Source: a virus (Duplodnaviria > Caudoviricetes). Taken from it: a stretch of DNA of 61,933 bases. Numbering within the stretch: position 1 is the stretch's first letter; each line of letters starts with the position of its first letter. The stretch is taken from the IMG/VR virus record IMGVR_UViG_3300007508_000433, positions 1-61,933 of that record, one strand, 5' to 3'. Below, piece by piece: positions 57,633 through 61,933 of this stretch. The position numbers and the translations under genes are program-made. The notes beneath the pieces were generated by a model. It saw nothing but the letters and a program-made list of their open reading frames with translations. It did not search any database and was not told where the DNA came from.

Positions 57633-58326
57633 TACAATGATAGATCATGAAGAGTTGCTTAGTTATGCTAGACAGTCTATGTCAAAACCAGAGGATTTCG
57701 GATACTGGGGGTCTGACGATATGTTTGAGTCGTGGGGCTTCGCGGGTATTGATGTAACTCCCGGTAGTGGCATTGCAGAAAGATCTAATTTTAGATCCTT
57801 TCATGATAATATTGTTAGAATATACCCGGATGACTTTAGAGTAGAAAACTATAGCCATTGGGCGGTGGGTAGTATTGATCGTACCGTGGTTCGTGTCCTC
57901 AAGGATCCAGATAATGGCTTGGATGTTGATAATATCACCGAGGCCTTTATTGAGACATGTGAAACCTTAGAGGCGCTTATGAGTTATCCGATACTTGATG
58001 AGTCAGATTATTCCGATCTTGAGTATACGGAAATCATGCAAGACATAGAAGAGAATGCGCCGGAAATGGTTGCTCAGGATGAGTTTGATTGGTCTGGGAG
58101 GATATATGAAGCAATGGTAGATGCAGGGGTAGAGATTTGCCCTGATGCTGAAGCATATCCTTCACATCAAGACATTAAGGAGGCTGCTTATCATTTGGGC
58201 TTTCTTAGCAAAGACCACAAGCATGAGTGGGTTGAGTTTTGCGATAAAGAGGGGCTGAGCATCCCTGACATATTTAGGAAGAACGGTATCCAGATCGAGG
58301 GCCAGCAAGTGTTGGAGGTTGAGTGA
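57613..58326 (+). CDS. Conserved phage hypothetical protein
   Basis: RSNF; HWAVG; L..YP.LDE.DYS..E motifs. Confidence 0.65.
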   Translation: MMTKLADTMIDHEELLSYARQSMSKPEDFGYWGSDDMFESWGFAGIDVTPGSGIAERSNFRSFHDNIVRIYPDDFRVENYSHWAVGSIDRTVVRVLKDPDNGLDVDNITEAFIETCETLEALMSYPILDESDYSDLEYTEIMQDIEENAPEMVAQDEFDWSGRIYEAMVDAGVEICPDAEAYPSHQDIKEAAYHLGFLSKDHKHEWVEFCDKEGLSIPDIFRKNGIQIEGQQVLEVE

Positions 58327-58457
58327 TGTCTGATCCTTTGATGATAAATATAGACAGTGCGCCTACTTATGAGGAAGTCATTAAAGCCAGGGGTAAGGAT
58401 GAAACTGAGGTTAAGAAGACCAAGCCCCGTGAGTTGAAAGGATATAGCGTAGCATGA
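58326..58457 (+). CDS. Small hypothetical protein (43 aa)
   Basis: TGATG and ATGA coupling. Confidence 0.45.
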   Translation: MSDPLMINIDSAPTYEEVIKARGKDETEVKKTKPRELKGYSVA

Positions 58458-58672
58458 CTATCACCAGAAATGCTGTACAGTGCAATAACTGCAATGAGGT
58501 GATTGAGTCTGTCCATAGGCATGACTTTGTTGTGTGCAAGTGTGAGGACGAAAACCTTCAGGTTTTTGTTGATGGAGGGCATGCATATTTTCGTATGATG
58601 TTTGGCAAGCATGCTAGTTGGACAGATCTAAGTGAAACAACAGACAACGAAGAAAGAATCGAGGAAAAATAA
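58454..58672 (+). CDS. Conserved phage Zn-binding protein
   Basis: NA.QC..C..VIES.HRHDF..C.C...VDGG..Y. Confidence 0.7.
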   Translation: MTITRNAVQCNNCNEVIESVHRHDFVVCKCEDENLQVFVDGGHAYFRMMFGKHASWTDLSETTDNEERIEEK

Positions 58673-58908
58673 TGAGTAGTGCATTCGGTGACATTATTGA
58701 GATGAAGGATATCGCCAGATATCGCTCTATAGATACGCCGGGAAGCTTTAGAAAGTTTAAAGCAATATTCCTGGCTCTGCGTAATCAGTGCCCAAAGTGT
58801 GGTCATGCTAAGATGAGTTATGCTGAGGTTGCAGATTATTTGAATCGCACCCTTGATATTGGTGTGAGCAGTAAAACTGTTGGCCGGTATTGCAGGGAAG
58901 GGAGATAG
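58672..58908 (+). CDS. HTH DNA-binding protein
   Basis: MSYAEVADYL..VSSKTVGRY. Confidence 0.55.
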   Translation: MSSAFGDIIEMKDIARYRSIDTPGSFRKFKAIFLALRNQCPKCGHAKMSYAEVADYLNRTLDIGVSSKTVGRYCREGR

Positions 58909-58913
58909 CTGTT

Positions 58914-59402
58914 ATGGGTTTGGATAATATGCCTGTTGAATATCCATGCGAGGCTGATCATGGTGTAATCTTTGCCGATTCACCTGAGGGCTCGCATTGT
59001 TCTAACATGCAAGCGTGCGGCAAGTGCCCTTGGTATGATGCTTTGGGTAATGAGCCGGGTGCCGTATATGGAATGTTTGGTTTGAATTGTTGGTACCGTG
59101 GAAAGATGGGTAACTATTTGATAGAGGTGGTTAATAATTCTGGTGAAGATCTAACTACTGGCATTCATGGCCATCTTGTTGACTTCTATGGCAATGGTAT
59201 TAACAATCAGACTGAAGGTATTAGTCCTGGTGATTGCTCGGAGTTGGCTACTTGGCTATCAGAGAGACGCGAACAGTTTATGGTTGGTATTGCTAAGGAA
59301 GAACCAGATGCAGACCCGGAGGATGCTGCTAATATGTATATGTATGCAATTAAGTGGCTAAGATTCGTTTCTAATTATGGCGGATCTGCGATATGGTACT
59401 AG
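58914..59402 (+). CDS. Hypothetical protein
   Basis: MGLD..C; CWYRGK motifs. Confidence 0.6.
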   Translation: MGLDNMPVEYPCEADHGVIFADSPEGSHCSNMQACGKCPWYDALGNEPGAVYGMFGLNCWYRGKMGNYLIEVVNNSGEDLTTGIHGHLVDFYGNGINNQTEGISPGDCSELATWLSERREQFMVGIAKEEPDADPEDAANMYMYAIKWLRFVSNYGGSAIWY

Positions 59403-59410
59403 GAGAAAAT

Positions 59411-59611
59411 ATGTCGATTCACGTATCACATAGAGATTTGTCTGCTATGGAGGATGAAATAGTGGCCAAGATGGATGATGTAATGAATCTTCCCGGCAGC
59501 AAGTATCAGTACGTTATGCATAAGTATGGTGGATGCATTAGTTGCTGGGAGCAAATTAATGACGCTCTAGACAATATCTATGCAAAGATAAGGGGCAATC
59601 ATGGAAAATGA
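59411..59611 (+). CDS. Hypothetical protein
   Basis: AGGAG RBS. Confidence 0.5.
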   Translation: MSIHVSHRDLSAMEDEIVAKMDDVMNLPGSKYQYVMHKYGGCISCWEQINDALDNIYAKIRGNHGK

Positions 59612-59984
59612 TATGGAGATAGGTGTTTTTGTTGAAGTTGGCATGGACATGGAGTGGCGAAGGCGTGCTTCCTGTAGGGGTTTGGATACGGATGCTTTCT
59701 TTCCCGGCAGAGGAGAGTCTCTTGCTGCTTTGAAGAGTTATTGCAAGTTTTGCCCTGTTGTTAAGCCATGTCTTGAGTATGCATTTCGCTCTATGGAGAA
59801 GTTTGGTATTTGGGGTGGGACTTCTGAAAAGGAGCGGCGCAAGGTGAGAAGTCTTATGCAGCGCAATAGGGAGTCAGGAAGAAAGATGTCTTTGACAGAA
59901 ATGTTGCGCACCTTGGGTGTCAACTATACACACATAGATGATGACAAGCTTGAATCTTTTACCGGAGAAGCCCCCTACTGTTAG
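59601..59984 (+). CDS. whiB: WhiB-family transcription factor
   Basis: W..RASC..D.FFP; CKFCPV..PCL; GIWGGTSEKERR. Confidence 0.92.
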   Translation: MENDMEIGVFVEVGMDMEWRRRASCRGLDTDAFFPGRGESLAALKSYCKFCPVVKPCLEYAFRSMEKFGIWGGTSEKERRKVRSLMQRNRESGRKMSLTEMLRTLGVNYTHIDDDKLESFTGEAPYC

Positions 59985-59993
59985 GATTGGTTA

Positions 59994-60695
59994 ATGTTCA
60001 GAATTATGAGAAGATTTCTGGTGGCCCTGTCTTGTGCGCTTGTTGCGTCCATCTTTATTGGTCAGTCTGTAAATAGCACAGACGTAAAGATGGTCGCTCC
60101 GGTTGAGCAAGAAGTGGTGGCTACATCGGTTGCCACTAATGTTGTTGCTAATACCACTACTACTAGTGTGGTGCCAGCTACTACGAGTATAGCAACGACT
60201 ACGACTACCCATGTCGTTGTAACTACAGTGCCGCCTGTTGTGACTACAACGGTTCCTGTTGTGACTACAACAATAGTAAGGGTTCCGGCAACGATTACAT
60301 ATGTTGAAACTGACTATGATAGGTGGGCGGATGAGAATAAGAATGCGATATGCCAGCCTGATGAGGTTTGCGAGTCTATATATGTTATGCCCACTCTGCG
60401 AGAACTGGTGATAGAGTATTTTGGGGTGGAAGACTGGGGGTGGGCTATTGATATAGCGTTTTGTGAGTCTAGCGGCCAGCCTGATGATAGATGGAGCGAA
60501 GCTGTTAATAAAACTACGAATGCTAGCGGTTGGTTTCAGCATCTACCTAAGTATTGGGAGGAAAGGTCAGCTAAGGCAGGGTTTTCTGGTTTTCATATCA
60601 TGGACCCTAGAGGTAATGTTGGAGTTGCGGCATGGCTGTTTTATCATGGCGGTGGAGAGAAGCATTGGGAGTGCGCGAAGCATGAACATAACTAA
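59994..60695 (+). CDS. Secreted SLT/Rpf-like lytic transglycosylase with Thr/Val-rich stalk
   Basis: Signal peptide; TTT repeats; IAFCESSG; ASGWFQ; N..AAWL; HWEC. Confidence 0.8.
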   Translation: MFRIMRRFLVALSCALVASIFIGQSVNSTDVKMVAPVEQEVVATSVATNVVANTTTTSVVPATTSIATTTTTHVVVTTVPPVVTTTVPVVTTTIVRVPATITYVETDYDRWADENKNAICQPDEVCESIYVMPTLRELVIEYFGVEDWGWAIDIAFCESSGQPDDRWSEAVNKTTNASGWFQHLPKYWEERSAKAGFSGFHIMDPRGNVGVAAWLFYHGGGEKHWECAKHEHN

Positions 60696-60714
60696 ACGAG
60701 AGAAAGGATAGTCA

Positions 60715-60822
60715 ATGCTGGAGTACAATTGCGAGTGCCCTGAATGTCATCGTGTGTTTAATTTGCTAGATGAAGCAGACGCTGAGGAGTGGGCGTATGG
60801 TCACGATTGTGAGGTTGAATGA
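60715..60822 (+). CDS. Small Zn-binding protein (35 aa)
   Basis: CPEC.RVF.L.DE.DA.EW.YGHDCE; AAGGA RBS. Confidence 0.65.
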   Translation: MLEYNCECPECHRVFNLLDEADAEEWAYGHDCEVE

Positions 60823-60889
60823 GTAGGCTAAACATTCGTAGGTTAAATATTTAATTATCGTAACGAAAATATTATTTGGAGGTTATGTT

Positions 60890-61318
60890 ATGGGTTATTA
60901 TATTACATTAGAAGAGAGCACTTGGTTCTTGCCTGCAATACACTACGATCAGGCATTGGGGGTATTGAAGGGGCTTAACGACTATGACCATTTGAAGGGT
61001 GGTGGTTCTTCTGATGGAGAGAAGTGGTTCTCTTGGATGCCGTCTGATTATGATAAAACAGTTGAGAGTGTAGAGGAAGTCTTTGAACTTCTTGGCTTTG
61101 AGTGTAGTGAAGACGAGGGTGTTGGGCTGCGCTTGGAGGACTATTATACGAAGAGCGGTGATGAAGAGATTTTCCTTCGTGCTGTATGTCATTTTGCAAC
61201 GGGGCATTTGATATGGCGTGGTGAAGATGGTGTAAGGTGGAAGGTTGACTACACTGGCATAACTCCTAAACTTTACAAAGCAGAACAGACATGGGTAAGG
61301 GAGCCGTACGGGTCATGA
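60890..61318 (+). CDS. Conserved actinophage hypothetical protein
   Basis: MGY..; WFSWM; K.G.E..F; WRGEDG..W. Confidence 0.65.
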   Translation: MGYYITLEESTWFLPAIHYDQALGVLKGLNDYDHLKGGGSSDGEKWFSWMPSDYDKTVESVEEVFELLGFECSEDEGVGLRLEDYYTKSGDEEIFLRAVCHFATGHLIWRGEDGVRWKVDYTGITPKLYKAEQTWVREPYGS

Positions 61319-61572
61319 GTCATCCTAGAGATAAAGAGTATTTGCAGGCAGAGCTTGATACCTTGAAGGGTATGGTCATTGTTGATGCGTATGTTGATGA
61401 AGATACTGTGAGTGGGTACACAGAGTTGTGGCCCGTTCTCGTTTTTGATATAGCGCAGAACTCTAATGATCACAAGCATCTTATTGCAATGGCTGTTAGC
61501 CAAGATATGGAGGGTAACGGGCCGGGGTATTTGATGCGCCTTAATCCTTCTACTGATGATATACACCAATAG
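61315..61572 (+). CDS. Hypothetical protein (D.EGNGPG motif)
   Basis: ATGA coupling. Confidence 0.6.
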   Translation: MSHPRDKEYLQAELDTLKGMVIVDAYVDEDTVSGYTELWPVLVFDIAQNSNDHKHLIAMAVSQDMEGNGPGYLMRLNPSTDDIHQ

Positions 61573-61585
61573 AAAGGTTGATACA

Positions 61586-61804
61586 ATGAATGAGTGTCCA
61601 CGTTGCGGTGACTATGAAATGATGGTCCCCGAGGAGATTAACGCTTTAAGCCGGACCACTAGGGAAGAATGGCAGGATGCTATCTATGTTTGCTCTGCTT
61701 GCGGTAGAGATGAAGCAATGCAAGAGTTTCATAAGGGTGTAGCTACCAGCCCCACTAAATGGCCGGTGGCTAAAAGAGAGTATGATTATCTAGTATTCGG
61801 TTAA
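61586..61804 (+). CDS. Zn-ribbon protein
   Basis: CPRC..ALSR..CSACG.DEA. Confidence 0.65.
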   Translation: MNECPRCGDYEMMVPEEINALSRTTREEWQDAIYVCSACGRDEAMQEFHKGVATSPTKWPVAKREYDYLVFG

Positions 61805-61830
61805 GTCCTTATTAGCTAAGAGAAAGGAGG

Positions 61831-61933
61831 TTCCCTCTGGTTTATCTGTCGGAATAAAAGGGAAAGCATATCACGCTACGTCGAAAGGCGTGGTTCATTA
61901 TATTAAGGCCCACTCTCCAGAAATGGGGGGTGG
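61831..61933 (+). ncRNA. Candidate structured RNA with GAAA tetraloops, truncated by the window end
   Basis: GCTACGTC-GAAA-GGCGTGGT; CCACTCTCCA-GAAA-TGGGGGGTGG; TTCCCT/AGGGAA. Confidence 0.45.

Noticed and set aside
1-61933. tRNA genes, integrase/att site, stop-codon reassignment
   Set aside because: No T-loop/acceptor pattern found by eye in intergenic gaps; no recombinase motif; genes are intact under the standard code using all three stops

Overview
This is a 62-kb segment of a large lytic siphovirus that infects an actinobacterium. The host inference rests on two WhiB genes, an r1t-type holin and an actinobacterial ferredoxin; Acidimicrobiia is plausible. Every credible gene is on the + strand. 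Order of modules: (1) a high-GC virion fibre/decoration cassette (1-2335); (2) endolysin, ClpP and ferredoxin; (3) head-tail joining and tail genes, including a -1 frameshifted tail assembly chaperone, a 1792-aa tape measure and an S74-chaperoned fibre; (4) HNH nuclease, metallophosphoesterase and holin; (5) replication/recombination (DnaB, primase, SSB, DnaE, RecA, Cas4, two resolvases) and nucleotide metabolism (NT5C, dCMP deaminase, GuaB/GuaC-like); (6) terminase; (7) a non-coding repeat region; (8) about 17 kb of small early/accessory genes. The layout recalls large Streptomyces siphoviruses (BE/BK type). The most notable observations are two apparent toxin-neutralising antitoxin fragments (Phd/YefM-like and TacA/DUF1778-like) without DNA-binding domains, flanking a structured RNA; several other candidate structured RNAs; a frameshifted relic of a displaced gene at the GC boundary; and a hairpin-bridged ribosome-binding site. 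No tRNA, rRNA, CRISPR array or integrase was seen. All family calls come from motif recognition by eye, not database searches.
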